The notes: a model not told the origin generated them from the letters alone. A DNA stretch of 64,000 nucleotides from Pluralibacter sp. (GCF_019237635.1 NZ_JAFAGS010000020.1:2197-66196), one strand, 5' to 3'; numbered from the stretch's first letter, positions 36,874-47,859 are shown. Program-made: numbers and translations.

Positions 36874-38274
36874 TTAAACCTGCTCCGAGTCAGTAACTGA
36901 AGCGCGCAAAAGTTCCTCTTGTCGGTAGTCCTGCGGCAGCAGAATACTCATGATGATGGCGGTTAATCCGCCCGCGCAGATAGGGTTTTCCACCAGGACA
37001 TACAGCGACGGCGGCAACACCTGAAATATCTCTGGCGAGTAGGAGACGCCCAGGCCAAGCCCAAGCGATGTCGCCACAATGAGTGTTTCACGACGGCGAA
37101 ATCCGTTCGAGATGATGATGCGGATCCCCGCAATGGCGATCATTGAGAACATCAGCGTCATCGCGCCCCCCAGTACCGGAGACGGGATGGTGGTAAAAAA
37201 GCGTCCGATTGCCGGGAATAAACCCAGAATCACCAGAATCACGGCGATAACCCGCCCTACGTAGCGTGAAGCGACGCCGGTCATCTGAATGACGCCATTG
37301 TTTTGAGCAAAGTTGGTAAGGGGGAGTGAGCCAAGCGCCGAGGCGATGACTGACACGATACCGTCCGCCAGTACACCGCCTTTCAGCCGCGACTGGTATT
37401 CCTCGCCCTCGATGGGCCGGTTCGACACCATCGCGGTCGCGGTGATGTTGCCGACGGACTCCAGCACGCTCAGAAGATAGATGGTTCCAACAACTAAAAA
37501 GTTGTGAAAGCTGAAGGAAAAACCGTATTTAAACGGAGACGGAATCGTTACCAGCGGGACGTTTTGCAGTTTGCTGAAATCCACCATGCCAAGAAATAGC
37601 GCGGTGATATAACCGACCATTAACCCGATGGCGATGCCGCCCATGCGCAAAAGCGGATTTCGACAGCAGTTAAAGCCAATAACGACGATCAGCACTAATA
37701 ACCCTAAACCGATATTTTCGTAATTGCCGAATGTACCGCTGTTCTTGGCGGCCATGCCGCCGCCAAAATCAATGATGCCGACCTTAATTAAACTCAGGCC
37801 TATCATCAGCACGACCACGCCGGTGACCGTTGGCGTCACGATTCGTCGCAGGTAGGGTAAAATAAACGAGGAACCCACCACTAAAAATGCGCCGACAAAT
37901 GAAACACCTAACAACGATGACAATATAAGACTTTCATCAAGGCCATCCTGTTTCATACTGCTGCCGATAGCTATCATAACGGTAACAAAAGAGAAGTTTA
38001 CCGACTGAATGGACAGCAAACCAGAGCCAACGCAGCCATAGCGGTTTACCTGTAACCAGGTACCTACACCTGAGGCGATCATGACCATGGAGACAAGGTA
38101 AGTTATTGTTTCTGTTGATAGTTGTAGTGAGGCGCCGACGATTAATGCGGGGGTGATCATCGGTACAAAAATAGCCAGTAAGTGGGTGATCGCCGCAACG
38201 ATCGCGTGGTGAAAGGGCGGCTTGTCTTCTAATTCGAAAATAAGGTCGCTATTTGTGTTTTTTAAATCGGACAT
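36874..38274 (-). CDS. NCS2-family (xanthine/uracil-type) nucleobase permease (466 aa)
   Basis: RBS gggag precedes the start. The protein has about 12-14 TM segments and an N-terminal pattern (PPFHHAIVAAITHLLAIFVPMITPALIVG) typical of NCS2 permeases. It lies 63 nt upstream of the triple-RidA gene on the same strand. Confidence 0.8.
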   Translation of the reverse strand: MSDLKNTNSDLIFELEDKPPFHHAIVAAITHLLAIFVPMITPALIVGASLQLSTETITYLVSMVMIASGVGTWLQVNRYGCVGSGLLSIQSVNFSFVTVMIAIGSSMKQDGLDESLILSSLLGVSFVGAFLVVGSSFILPYLRRIVTPTVTGVVVLMIGLSLIKVGIIDFGGGMAAKNSGTFGNYENIGLGLLVLIVVIGFNCCRNPLLRMGGIAIGLMVGYITALFLGMVDFSKLQNVPLVTIPSPFKYGFSFSFHNFLVVGTIYLLSVLESVGNITATAMVSNRPIEGEEYQSRLKGGVLADGIVSVIASALGSLPLTNFAQNNGVIQMTGVASRYVGRVIAVILVILGLFPAIGRFFTTIPSPVLGGAMTLMFSMIAIAGIRIIISNGFRRRETLIVATSLGLGLGVSYSPEIFQVLPPSLYVLVENPICAGGLTAIIMSILLPQDYRQEELLRASVTDSEQV

Positions 38275-38625
38275 CCAATTACTCCCTCTGCTATGGCGGA
38301 GAACACAAAACGGTTAATAATAAATTTTCACGTATCTTAAATACGGTATTTAACGATGACAAACATCAGCAAAAAAGATGCCATGGCCTGATGGCACCTC
38401 TTTTAATGCTAATTATTTGCGTGGCTTGTCACATAAATGTGCTATCAGAGTGATGAGAGCGGAGACGGTATTTACGGCAGAGATAACGCAGAGGGGAAAT
38501 CGGGAAATCAATTTGATAGTGGAAAATTACCACGTCTCATCATGAGAATAGTCTTATGAGAACATAACGTCCAGGATGCCCCTGAATAGACTTATTTCAG
38601 GGGCAGGTGTCATACGGATGGACTG

Positions 38626-40032
38626 CTAGCGCGCAGGTTGCCAGAGAACAACCTGGTTGCGCCCATTTTCTTTCGCCTGATACATCGCTTCGTCGGCGCG
38701 CTGGACGCTGGCCTCGACACCGTGTTCCGTGTGGGTGGCGGTGAACACACCCATACTGATGGTAATTTTCTCCGGGAAGCTACCGTTGCTGCTTTGCGAA
38801 TCGTGTTCGCTAATGATAAGCCGAATCCTCTCGGCGACGCGATACGCATCTTCTGAAGGGGTATTCACCAGCAGTAACGCAAATTCCTCACCGCCGATAC
38901 GGGCGGCAAGATCGTTTTCGCGGACCGACGTTTGCAGGACGCTGGCGACAAACTGGATAACCTTATCCCCTTGCAGGTGGCCGTAGTTGTCGTTAATTCG
39001 CTTGAAGTGGTCCAGATCGCAAACAATCACGGAGACAGGTTGCAGCGGCGTTACCCTGGCGATGTTCTGGGTCAGTGTGTCATAGAAGTAGCTGCGGTTA
39101 TAGAGCCGGGTCATCGGGTCGCGAATCGAGTTCTGATAAGAGCTCTGGTACTTGCTGTTGGAGTCTTTATAAAGCGTAAAAACATCGCCCAGCAGCACGA
39201 AAATCAGGAACAGGGTGGCGATGGTTTCAAATAGCCGCGCCTGATACCAGTTGTAGCCATCACCGACCGACGATGAAAAAAGTAGCGTTAGCGTCACAAT
39301 ATAAAAAACGCAGAAAAAACAACCGCTGAACCAGAATATATTACGTAGCTGAGTTATTACCAGCATGGTGACAAGCGTCAAGGACCAGATGGCAATAAGC
39401 AACCAACCCACTTCATGTTGCCACAGAAGTGTGAAATTTCGGGTAATATTGTCAATAAATGTAACGTTAATATGATCATAATGGCTGGAGTAGAACCAGG
39501 ATAACGCCAGCATCAGAACAGTAAAGCCCATCATTAAAGATACGATAATGATATGGTTTTTTACCGTGTGCATATTATATTTGCGATATTTGAATAACAA
39601 CACGGCAACTAAAAATAACACTGCCATCATAATGTTGCGGAAAAAGTAATAAATTAGCGCATCATTATAGTTAATGCGTGCAGCGGAGGTGCAGAGAAAC
39701 CAGTCGGGATAGCTACTCAGGGTGCCCAGCATCAGCAGGGCAGAGCCAGCAAAACCACAGGCGATCGCGATATGGTACAACCGGCTCTTGTCACACAAAT
39801 ACTTCATCACCATGAATACGGCAATCGTAATATGGAAAATCATTAAAAAGCCGGTCATGACCGGGAATAAAATTGATGATGTCAAAGGAATATGGTGAAT
39901 AACACGGTGTGACAGCACGTATAGCACAAAGCTAGACATGGCGCAGATGCCCAGAAAAACAAGCAGCCGACGAAGCGGAATTACAACATGTGTGCGCATA
40001 AGCATATCCTGATGATAATACGTCAACTTCAT
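38626..40032 (-). CDS. Membrane-bound diguanylate cyclase: multi-TM sensor domain plus GGDEF domain (about 458-468 aa)
   Basis: The C-terminal GGDEF domain has the active site RIGGEEF and the I-site REND five residues upstream. The N-terminal 290 aa or so are polytopic. The start is uncertain: ATG at 40032, or ATG at 39999 with a GGA 7 nt upstream. The ORF-track start at 40110 is unlikely. Confidence 0.8.
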   Translation of the reverse strand: MKLTYYHQDMLMRTHVVIPLRRLLVFLGICAMSSFVLYVLSHRVIHHIPLTSSILFPVMTGFLMIFHITIAVFMVMKYLCDKSRLYHIAIACGFAGSALLMLGTLSSYPDWFLCTSAARINYNDALIYYFFRNIMMAVLFLVAVLLFKYRKYNMHTVKNHIIIVSLMMGFTVLMLALSWFYSSHYDHINVTFIDNITRNFTLLWQHEVGWLLIAIWSLTLVTMLVITQLRNIFWFSGCFFCVFYIVTLTLLFSSSVGDGYNWYQARLFETIATLFLIFVLLGDVFTLYKDSNSKYQSSYQNSIRDPMTRLYNRSYFYDTLTQNIARVTPLQPVSVIVCDLDHFKRINDNYGHLQGDKVIQFVASVLQTSVRENDLAARIGGEEFALLLVNTPSEDAYRVAERIRLIISEHDSQSSNGSFPEKITISMGVFTATHTEHGVEASVQRADEAMYQAKENGRNQVVLWQPAR

Positions 40033-40200
40033 GGACGATACGGAAGAAAAAAGAATCGGCCTGAGCGTAGTATATAAAAGTGACTTTACGTGAGTGTTGC
40101 GCAGGAACAAGATTATAGCAGTGTTGTTGATGGCTATATATTCATATCATGAATACGAAATGGGTTTTGTTACGCTTAATCGCTTTAATATATTCTTGTT

Positions 40201-40231
40201 AAAAATAAGAGTGTGGCCGCAAGGACCACAC
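40201..40231 (-). terminator. Rho-independent terminator of slyB
   Basis: On the minus strand, stem GTGTGGTCC-ttgc-GGCCACAC is followed by TCTTATTTTT, 10 nt after the slyB stop. Confidence 0.7.
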
Positions 40232-40241
40232 AATAGCGTCA

Positions 40242-40709
40242 TTAGCGAGGAGAAACAGTCACCTGGCTGCCGTTGCTGGCCATCACGACGCGTTGTCCCA
40301 CGGCGAATTGAGTATCGCCCTGTTTCTGCACAACCATAATGGTGTTGCCGTCATCTTTACGAATTTCCAGCTCAACACCCTGTGTTTTGTTCATCGCGCT
40401 CTGTACGCCCTGACCGGCGACACCGCCTGCGACCGCGCCCGCTGCCGTCGCTAAATCACGACCTGTACCGCCGCCGACGGTGTTACCCAGGAAGCCGCCA
40501 AGAACAGCGCCGCCGATCGCGCCGACGACGTTAGAATTGTCGCCACCCTGGATCTGTACCGGACGGACATGGACGATTGTCCCGTAGGCGACATTCTGAA
40601 CCTGTTTCGCTTCAGAGGCGGAATACACATCGCCGGATAAGCCGCTGCTGCTGACACAACCGCCGAGGCTTAAACCAATCATTGAGACGGCCAATACACG
40701 TAACATCAT
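40242..40709 (-). CDS. slyB: Outer-membrane lipoprotein SlyB (155 aa)
   Basis: Lipobox LSLGGC is present. ...LSGDVY.ASEAKQVQNV.YGTIV.VRPVQIQGGD.SNV.GAIGGAVLGGFLGNTVGGGTGR matches recalled E. coli SlyB, which is also 155 aa. Confidence 0.95.
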   Translation of the reverse strand: MMLRVLAVSMIGLSLGGCVSSSGLSGDVYSASEAKQVQNVAYGTIVHVRPVQIQGGDNSNVVGAIGGAVLGGFLGNTVGGGTGRDLATAAGAVAGGVAGQGVQSAMNKTQGVELEIRKDDGNTIMVVQKQGDTQFAVGQRVVMASNGSQVTVSPR

Positions 40710-40815
40710 TTATGAATCTCCTGTTCACCAAGAAACGCCCTTGAGGGCATCCTTCGCGGCAATTATAGGGTATTTGTCTGTCGCAGGTCATTTGTTCTGC
40801 GTGCCCTGACGTAAC

Positions 40816-40850
40816 ATTCTAATCGCTCACCGCTTAACCAAGGATAAACG
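40816..40850 (-). promoter_or_regulatory. PhoP box plus -10 of the slyB promoter
   Basis: The minus strand reads CGTTTA-TCCTT-GGTTAA (40850-40834), a direct repeat matching (T/G)GTTTA-N5-(T/G)GTTTA. TAGAAT follows 12 nt later (40821-40816). slyB is a known PhoP-activated gene. Confidence 0.6.
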
Positions 40851-40988
40851 GCAGCGGCATGCCGGACGTTTGCACCTGCCGTTGCGGAGTATTTCCGCTG
40901 CATTGTTAAAATTTATTATTGGATCATGGCATTAGATACCACTTTATGATTCATTGTTACCCTTATGTCAAAGAACTAAGGAAGGCGT

Positions 40989-42116
40989 ATGAAGTCGGGT
41001 CGTTATATTGGCGTCATGTCAGGCACCAGCCTTGATGGGGTGGATGTCGTTCTCGCGGCGATCGATGACACGATGGTGGCGCAGCAGGCCAGCCTGTCAT
41101 TTCCTATTCCGATTACCCTGAAAGAAGCGATCCTCGCGATTTGCCAGGGCCAGCAATTGACCTTATCGCAGTTGGGGCAGCTCGATACCCGACTGGGGCG
41201 ACTGTTTGCTGATGCCGTACTGGCGCTGATGGCGCAAGAGCGACTTTCAGCCGGGGAGGTGATCGCCGTGGGGTGTCATGGACAAACCGTCTGGCATGAA
41301 CCCACCGGCGAGGCGCCGCATACGATGCAGATCGGCGACAATAACATCATTGCGGCCCGGACCGGTATTACGGTCGTCGGCGATTTTCGCCGTCGAGATA
41401 TTGCGCTGGGCGGCCAGGGCGCGCCTTTAGTTCCCGCTTTCCACCACGCGCTGCTTGCGCATCCGACGGAGCGTCGGGTGGTGCTGAATATTGGCGGTAT
41501 CGCCAACCTGTCGCTGCTGTACCCCGGGCAGCCGGTGCGGGGGCACGATACCGGTCCCGGGAATATGCTGATGGACGCCTGGATCTGGCGCCAGTGCGGT
41601 AAACCGTACGACAAAGATGCGCAATGGGGCAGTTCCGGCAAGGTGATTCTGCCGCTGTTGCAGTCAATGCTCAGTGACCCGTGGTTCTCGTTGCCCGCGC
41701 CCAAAAGCACGGGGCGCGAATATTTCAATTATGGCTGGCTGGAGCGACATCTGGCGCACTATCCAGGGCTGGCGCCGCAGGATGTTATGGCGACGCTGGT
41801 GGAATTAACTGCAGTGACCATCAGCGAACAGGTGATGCTGAGCGGTGGGTGTGAACGGCTGTTGGTCTGCGGCGGAGGGAGTCGCAATCCGCTGCTGATG
41901 GCGCGTCTGGCGGGACAACTCGCCGGGACCGAAGTCGCTACGACGGATGCCTGGGGCGTCAGCGGCGATGATATGGAAGCGCTGGCGTTTGCCTGGCTTG
42001 CCTGGCGGACGCTCGCCGGGTTGCCGGGAAATCTCCCCTCGGTGACCGGCGCCAGTGGCGCGACGGTGCTTGGCGCTATTTTTCCCGCCAACGGGCAAAG
42101 ACCAGGAATTAACTGA
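40989..42116 (+). CDS. anmK: Anhydro-N-acetylmuramic acid kinase (375 aa)
   Basis: [24 protein letters not shown]... and [30 protein letters not shown] match recalled E. coli AnmK. Confidence 0.95.
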   Translation: MKSGRYIGVMSGTSLDGVDVVLAAIDDTMVAQQASLSFPIPITLKEAILAICQGQQLTLSQLGQLDTRLGRLFADAVLALMAQERLSAGEVIAVGCHGQTVWHEPTGEAPHTMQIGDNNIIAARTGITVVGDFRRRDIALGGQGAPLVPAFHHALLAHPTERRVVLNIGGIANLSLLYPGQPVRGHDTGPGNMLMDAWIWRQCGKPYDKDAQWGSSGKVILPLLQSMLSDPWFSLPAPKSTGREYFNYGWLERHLAHYPGLAPQDVMATLVELTAVTISEQVMLSGGCERLLVCGGGSRNPLLMARLAGQLAGTEVATTDAWGVSGDDMEALAFAWLAWRTLAGLPGNLPSVTGASGATVLGAIFPANGQRPGIN

Positions 42117-42199
42117 CAGAGTCAGACAATCGCAGCCGTTACAATGGAATTATACCCTGAGGGCGCTTGCGCCCTCTGTGATCAGGAAAGTTGTAAGGC

Positions 42200-42529
42200 A
42201 TGCTAATGAAAAAAATACTTATCGCTGTTGTCCCCTTTATGCTCGCCGGGTGTAGCTACTACAACCAGTTTGTCGAGCGGATGCAAACCGAAAAGCTGGA
42301 GTACCAGTGCGATGAGAAACCGCTGACCGTTAATCTCAACAACACACGCCAGCAGGTGAGTTTTATCTACGACAACAAGCAATTGAACCTGACTCAGGGG
42401 ATCTCCGCCTCAGGAGCGCGTTACACCGACGGCATTTATGTATTCTGGTCGAAAGGCGAAGAGGCGACGGTGTACAAACGTGACCGTATCGTCCTGAATA
42501 ACTGTCAGTTGCAAACCCCGAAGCGTTGA
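42200..42529 (+). CDS. mliC: Membrane-bound lysozyme inhibitor of C-type lysozyme (109 aa)
   Basis: Lipobox LAGC is present. ...[21 protein letters not shown]...[40 protein letters not shown] matches recalled E. coli MliC. Confidence 0.93.
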   Translation: MLMKKILIAVVPFMLAGCSYYNQFVERMQTEKLEYQCDEKPLTVNLNNTRQQVSFIYDNKQLNLTQGISASGARYTDGIYVFWSKGEEATVYKRDRIVLNNCQLQTPKR

Positions 42530-42586
42530 GATTTTCAGCCTAGCGGCGCACAATAGCGTCACCGAATGATTCATATCCTGAACGCT

Positions 42587-43243
42587 ATGTCTGATAACGA
42601 CGATCTGCAGCAAATCGCGCATCTGCGCCGTGAATATACCCGTGGAGGCCTTCGCCGTCGCGATCTTCCCGCTGAACCTCTGGCGCTGTTCGAGCGTTGG
42701 CTGGGCCAGGCCTGTGAGGCTAAACTTGCCGACCCGACGGCAATGGTCGTGGCGACCGTTGATGAAAACGGGCAGCCTTATCAGCGTATCGTGTTGCTCA
42801 AACACTATGATGAAAAAGGGCTGGTGTTTTATACCAACCTCGGTAGCCGCAAGGCGCATCAGATTGAGCAAAACCCCCGTGTTAGTTTGCTTTTCCCCTG
42901 GCATATGCTGGAGCGGCAGGTGATGGTGATCGGCAAAGCCGAACGTCTGTCTACCCTTGAAGTGGTGAAATATTTCCATAGCCGCCCGCGCGACAGCCAG
43001 ATCGGCGCCTGGGTCTCTAAGCAATCAAGCCGTATCTCCGCGCGTGGGATCCTCGAAAGCAAATTTCTGGAGCTGAAACAGAAATTCCAGCAGGGCGAAA
43101 TCCCGCTACCGAGTTTTTGGGGCGGTTTTCGCATCAATATCGAGCAGATGGAGTTCTGGCAGGGGGGCGAACACCGCCTGCACGATCGATTTTTATACCA
43201 GCGCGACAACGGCGCGTGGAAAATCGACCGGCTCGCGCCTTAA
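42587..43243 (+). CDS. pdxH: Pyridoxine/pyridoxamine 5'-phosphate oxidase (218 aa)
   Basis: ATG at 42587 gives [28 protein letters not shown], the recalled E. coli PdxH N-terminus at 218 aa. Confidence 0.95.
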   Translation: MSDNDDLQQIAHLRREYTRGGLRRRDLPAEPLALFERWLGQACEAKLADPTAMVVATVDENGQPYQRIVLLKHYDEKGLVFYTNLGSRKAHQIEQNPRVSLLFPWHMLERQVMVIGKAERLSTLEVVKYFHSRPRDSQIGAWVSKQSSRISARGILESKFLELKQKFQQGEIPLPSFWGGFRINIEQMEFWQGGEHRLHDRFLYQRDNGAWKIDRLAP

Positions 43244-43369
43244 TTGCGTAATTTGTTGTTTTAAGCGTTGGCACAACCGTGGCTGGCGCTTTATGCTATG
43301 AACCCTTCGCATCTGGCGAAACGTCGTGTACCGGCAAAGGTGCAGCCTGTTTTATACATGGAGATTTTG

Positions 43370-44644
43370 ATGGCAAGCAGTAACTTGATTAAACAATTGC
43401 AAGAGCGGGGCCTGGTGGCTCAGGTGACGGACGAGGAAGCGTTAGCAGAGCGACTGGCGCAAGGCCCGATCGCGCTCTATTGCGGCTTCGATCCCACCGC
43501 TGACAGCTTGCATTTGGGGCATCTTGTTCCCTTGTTATGCCTCAAACGCTTCCAGCAGGCAGGCCACAAGCCTGTAGCGCTGGTGGGCGGCGCGACCGGT
43601 CTGATTGGCGACCCGAGCTTTAAAGCCGCTGAGCGTAAATTGAATACCGAAGACACCGTCCAGGAATGGGTGGACAAAATTCGCAAACAGGTGGCGCCGT
43701 TCCTCGACTTTGACTGCGGCGACAACTCCGCGATTGCGGCGAACAACTACGACTGGTTTGGCGGCATGAACGTGCTGACCTTCCTGCGCGATATCGGTAA
43801 ACACTTTTCCGTTAACCAGATGATCAACAAAGAAGCGGTGAAGCAGCGTCTGAACCGCGACGATCAGGGCATCTCGTTTACCGAATTTTCCTACAACCTG
43901 CTGCAGGGCTATGATTTCGCCTGCCTGAATAAGCTGCATGGCGTGGCGCTGCAGATTGGCGGTTCCGATCAGTGGGGTAACATCACCTCCGGTATCGACC
44001 TGACTCGCCGCCTGCATCAGAACCAGGTCTTCGGCCTGACCGTTCCTCTTATCACCAAAGCGGACGGCACCAAATTCGGCAAGACCGAAGGCGGCGCGGT
44101 ATGGCTGGATCCGAAGAAAACCAGTCCGTACAAATTCTACCAGTTCTGGATCAACACCGCGGATGCCGATGTATACCGCTTCCTGAAGTTCTTCACCTTC
44201 ATGGAGATTGCAGAAATCAATGCGCTGGAAGAAGAAGATAAAAACTCCGGTAAAGCGCCGCGTGCGCAGTACGTCCTGGCTGAGCAGGTTACCCGACTGG
44301 TTCACGGCGAAGAAGGCCTGGCAGCGGCTAAACGTATTACCGAAAGCCTGTTTAACGGCACCCTGAGCTCGCTCAGCGAAGCTGACTTTGAGCAGCTGGC
44401 GCAGGACGGCGTACCGATGGTTGAAATGGAGAAGGGCGCCGATCTGATGCAGGCGCTGGTGGATTCCGAACTGCAGCCGTCCCGCGGCCAGGCGCGGAAG
44501 ACCATTGCGTCCAACGCCATCACCATCAACGGTGAAAAGCAGTCCGACCCGGAATACACCTTCGTTGACGGCGATCGCCTGTATGGCCGTTATACGCTGC
44601 TGCGTCGCGGTAAGAAAAACTACTGCCTCATCTGCTGGAAGTAA
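43370..44644 (+). CDS. tyrS: Tyrosyl-tRNA synthetase (424 aa)
   Basis: ATG at 43370 gives [51 protein letters not shown], identical to recalled E. coli TyrS. The HIGH and KFGKT motifs are present. Confidence 0.97.
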   Translation: MASSNLIKQLQERGLVAQVTDEEALAERLAQGPIALYCGFDPTADSLHLGHLVPLLCLKRFQQAGHKPVALVGGATGLIGDPSFKAAERKLNTEDTVQEWVDKIRKQVAPFLDFDCGDNSAIAANNYDWFGGMNVLTFLRDIGKHFSVNQMINKEAVKQRLNRDDQGISFTEFSYNLLQGYDFACLNKLHGVALQIGGSDQWGNITSGIDLTRRLHQNQVFGLTVPLITKADGTKFGKTEGGAVWLDPKKTSPYKFYQFWINTADADVYRFLKFFTFMEIAEINALEEEDKNSGKAPRAQYVLAEQVTRLVHGEEGLAAAKRITESLFNGTLSSLSEADFEQLAQDGVPMVEMEKGADLMQALVDSELQPSRGQARKTIASNAITINGEKQSDPEYTFVDGDRLYGRYTLLRRGKKNYCLICWK

Positions 44645-44660
44645 CCTTTCAGAAATAACA

Positions 44661-44690
44661 GGGCGTGGGAAACCACGCCCTTTCTTTTTT
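44661..44690 (+). terminator. Hairpin/attenuating terminator between tyrS and pdxY
   Basis: Stem GGGCGTGG-gaaa-CCACGCCC is followed by TTTCTTTTTT. Confidence 0.7.
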
Positions 44691-44705
44691 GCTGTGGATA
44701 ATAAA

Positions 44706-45566
44706 ATGAAGAACATCCTCGCTATCCAGTCTCACGTGGTGTTTGGTCATGCCGGCAACAGCGTGGCGGAGTTTCCGATGCGCCGTCTGGGCGCTAACGT
44801 CTGGCCGCTGAACACCGTTCAGTTTTCCAACCACACGCAGTATGGCAAATGGACCGGCTGTGTGATGCCGCCAGCGCATCTGACCGAGATTGTTCAGGGG
44901 ATCGCCGATATCGATAAGCTGAAAAGCTGCGATGCTGTACTGAGCGGCTATCTGGGATCCGCTGAGCAGGGCGAACATATTCTTGGCATCGTCCGTCAGG
45001 TGAAAGCGGCCAACCCGCAAGCGAAATATTTCTGCGACCCGGTGATGGGGCATCCTGAGAAAGGCTGCATCGTGGCGCCGGGCGTCGCGGAGTTCCACGT
45101 CCGTCATGCGCTGCCGGCGAGCGATATTATCGCGCCGAACCTGATTGAACTTGAGATCCTCTGCGGCCACGCGGTGAACAGCGTGGAAGAGGCGGTGACG
45201 GCGGCCCGCGAACTTATCTCCCAGGGGCCGGAAATCGTGCTAGTGAAGCATCTGGCGCGAGCCGGACGTCGCGCCGACGGCTTTGAAATGCTGCTGGTGA
45301 CTGCCAGCGAAGCGTGGCATATCAGCCGTCCTCTGGTTGATTTTGGCACGCGTCAGCCGGTCGGCGTGGGGGATGTGACCAGCGGACTGCTGTTGGTTAA
45401 GCTGTTGCAGGGCGCAACGCTGCGTGATGCGCTGGAGCACGTCACTGCGGCAGTGTACGAGATCATGGAGGCGACGCACCGGATGGGGGAATACGAACTT
45501 CAGGTGGTCGCCGCGCAGGACAGAATTGCGCAACCGGAGTATGCCTTCAGCGCAACGGCGTTATAA
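44706..45566 (+). CDS. pdxY: Pyridoxal kinase 2 (286 aa)
   Basis: ATG at 44706 gives [49 protein letters not shown], matching recalled E. coli PdxY. Confidence 0.95.
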   Translation: MKNILAIQSHVVFGHAGNSVAEFPMRRLGANVWPLNTVQFSNHTQYGKWTGCVMPPAHLTEIVQGIADIDKLKSCDAVLSGYLGSAEQGEHILGIVRQVKAANPQAKYFCDPVMGHPEKGCIVAPGVAEFHVRHALPASDIIAPNLIELEILCGHAVNSVEEAVTAARELISQGPEIVLVKHLARAGRRADGFEMLLVTASEAWHISRPLVDFGTRQPVGVGDVTSGLLLVKLLQGATLRDALEHVTAAVYEIMEATHRMGEYELQVVAAQDRIAQPEYAFSATAL

Positions 45567-45573
45567 TGTCGGC

Positions 45574-45601
45574 AAGCCCGGAGCGTACTCCGGGCTTATT
45601 T
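45574..45601. terminator. Bidirectional hairpin terminator (pdxY / gstA)
   Basis: Stem AAGCCCGGAG-cgta-CTCCGGGCTT is followed by ATTT. It lies between convergent genes. Confidence 0.65.
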
Positions 45602-45606
45602 CAGGA

Positions 45607-46212
45607 TTAGTTCAGACCTTCCGCGGCGAGCGCCGCGACCACGGCCGGACGCGCCGCAACGCGCGCCATGTAGGCTTCAATATTTTTCAGCCCGCTCATA
45701 TCCAGCTTCACGGCGCGGGCCCAGCGCAGCACGGTAAAAAGATAGGCGTCAGCGATAGTAAAACGCGGGCCGCTTACCCATTCCACGTTTTGCAGCGAAT
45801 CATTCACGTACTGTAGTTTCTTCTCCAGCTGTGCCCTTGCGGTGGGTTTGTAGTCTTCCGGGGTGTCCGGACGGAACAGCGGGGTGAAGCCTTTATGAAG
45901 CTCCGTCGCCACGTAGTTCAGCCACTCCAGCGTTCTGTAACGCGCAATGCTGCCCGTCGGCGCCAGTAGCTGACGGTCTGATTTGATGTCAGCAATATAC
46001 TGCATGATGGCGACGCCTTCGGTCAGCAGCGTATTGTCGTCCAGCAGCAGGGTGGGAACCTGCCCTTTGGGGTTGATTTTCAGGAAATCGTCGCCGTTTT
46101 CCAGCTGCTTTTTGGCAAGATCAACACCGGTAAGTGAGAAGTCGAGCCCACTCTCGCGCAGGGTGATATGGGAAGCAAGAGAGCACGCGCCGGGTTTGTA
46201 GAACAATTTCAT
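45607..46212 (-). CDS. gstA: Glutathione S-transferase (201 aa)
   Basis: [24 protein letters not shown] matches recalled E. coli GstA in sequence and length. Confidence 0.95.
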   Translation of the reverse strand: MKLFYKPGACSLASHITLRESGLDFSLTGVDLAKKQLENGDDFLKINPKGQVPTLLLDDNTLLTEGVAIMQYIADIKSDRQLLAPTGSIARYRTLEWLNYVATELHKGFTPLFRPDTPEDYKPTARAQLEKKLQYVNDSLQNVEWVSGPRFTIADAYLFTVLRWARAVKLDMSGLKNIEAYMARVAARPAVVAALAAEGLN

Positions 46213-46295
46213 GACTCATTCCTTCTGACAGAGATGTCTCTCTATCCTGCGGCGCAGTCCAATAAAAAACAAGATTCTTTCGTGGGGGAAGCGCT

Positions 46296-46326
46296 AAAAA
46301 AAACCGCTGATATATTCTCAGCGGTT
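46296..46326 (-). terminator. Rho-independent terminator of dtpA
   Basis: On the minus strand, stem ACCGCTGA-gaatata-TCAGCGGT is followed by T8. Confidence 0.8.
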
Positions 46327-46353
46327 TGAAAGAAAATCGTTTCCCGAAAAGCG

Positions 46354-47859
46354 TTACGCGGTGGCGGTTTCGCTCGATTTCGCGGAAGAACTGTCGTCCT
46401 GCGTCATGCGGTTCAGCTTCGGCGCAGTCAGCAGCATCAGGACGGCGATGACGGCGGTCGCGATACCGATCTGCATGAAGACGCGACCATACACGTCCAG
46501 AGACACCAGTGGGTCGGTAACGTTTTCCGGTACCGCCATCAGGTTGGCAATCTTACCCGCGATAATCGCCGCACCTGCGGTGGTGAGGAACCAACTGCCC
46601 ATGATGAAGCCCATCAGACGCTGCGGCACCAGCTGTGCCACCATCGCCAGGCCCAGGCCGGAGATCATCAGTTCACCGATGGACTGCAGCGCGTAGCTCA
46701 TGATCAGCCAGTTAACGGAGACGATACCGGCGTCGCTGGCGAATTTAGCGCCCAGCGGCAGCACGAGGAACGCGCCGGAGCACAGTACCATACCGATAGC
46801 GAATTTGTGCGGCATCGGCAGACGGTCGCCCATCTTGTTGTAGATAGCGGCCAGAATCGGGCTACCAATCATGATCCAGAACGGGTTCAGCGCCTGGTAC
46901 TGCTCCGGCTCGAACGCGATACCCAGAATGGAATGCTCAACGTTACGAATCGCGAAGAAGTTCAGCGAGGTCGGCATCTGGCTGTACAGAACGAAGAAGA
47001 CGACGGCTTCCAGCATCAGGATGAAGGCAACGATCATCTTACGGCGTGCGGCACCCTGCATTGCGAACGCTTCTTTCGCAAACAGAATAACGATACACAG
47101 TGCGATAACGCCCAGCGCCATACGCGCGATGCCCTGGTTGTGCAGCAGCCAGGTAGCGATAGCAACCAGAATCACCACGCCGACGATGGTCGCCAGCAGT
47201 TTGCCGATGTGTACCGGTTCGAAGTCCGGTTTGGAACCGTACTGTTTAACCCATTTTTTGCAGAAGGCAAAGTTCACGACGGTGATCAGCATACCGACCA
47301 CGCTCAGCGAAAACGCGACGCTCCAGCCAAATTTGGCGGCGAGCCATGGCGTTGCCAGCATAGAGAAGAAAGAACCGATGTTCACGGACATGTAGTACAT
47401 GGTGAATGCACCGTCCAGACGCGGGTCATCTTTGGCATAGCAGGTAGAGAGCAGGGAGGACGGGTTGGCTTTGAACAAACCGTTACCCACGGCGATCGTC
47501 GCCATACCCATATAGACGATAGCGGCGTCATGGCCTGACCATGCGACCAGCGCATAGCCGATAGCCAGCACGACGGCGCCCAGCATAATAACGCGTTTGG
47601 TACCGAGAACTTTGTCACCCAGCCAGCCGCCGATAGCAACCAGACCGTATACCAGAGCACTAAAGGACGAAAACAGCGTGATAGAATCCGCTTCAGACAT
47701 ACCCAGTTGTTTAACCAGGTAAACGGCCATGATCCCTTGCAGGCCGTAATAGCCGAAACGTTCCCAAAGTTCGATAGAGAAAATGAGATAGAACGCTTTT
47801 GGCTGTTTGAAAGCGTTCAGACTCACGCTTTCTGTTGGTTTATTGTTTGCAGTAGACAC
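46354..47859 (-). CDS. dtpA: Proton-dependent di/tripeptide permease DtpA (TppB) (501 aa)
   Basis: GTG start with RBS agagg 5 nt upstream. (M)[64 protein letters not shown] is identical to recalled E. coli DtpA. Confidence 0.95.
   Translation of the reverse strand: MSTANNKPTESVSLNAFKQPKAFYLIFSIELWERFGYYGLQGIMAVYLVKQLGMSEADSITLFSSFSALVYGLVAIGGWLGDKVLGTKRVIMLGAVVLAIGYALVAWSGHDAAIVYMGMATIAVGNGLFKANPSSLLSTCYAKDDPRLDGAFTMYYMSVNIGSFFSMLATPWLAAKFGWSVAFSLSVVGMLITVVNFAFCKKWVKQYGSKPDFEPVHIGKLLATIVGVVILVAIATWLLHNQGIARMALGVIALCIVILFAKEAFAMQGAARRKMIVAFILMLEAVVFFVLYSQMPTSLNFFAIRNVEHSILGIAFEPEQYQALNPFWIMIGSPILAAIYNKMGDRLPMPHKFAIGMVLCSGAFLVLPLGAKFASDAGIVSVNWLIMSYALQSIGELMISGLGLAMVAQLVPQRLMGFIMGSWFLTTAGAAIIAGKIANLMAVPENVTDPLVSLDVYGRVFMQIGIATAVIAVLMLLTAPKLNRMTQDDSSSAKSSETATA

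Noticed and set aside
42410-43024. 204-aa minus-strand ORF opposite mliC/pdxH
   Set aside because: It is antisense to two conserved genes and crosses their intergenic region.
43535-44716. 393-aa minus-strand ORF opposite tyrS
   Set aside because: It is antisense to TyrS, whose N-terminus is identical to the recalled E. coli protein.
46807-47538. 243-aa plus-strand ORF opposite dtpA
   Set aside because: It is an antisense shadow ORF.
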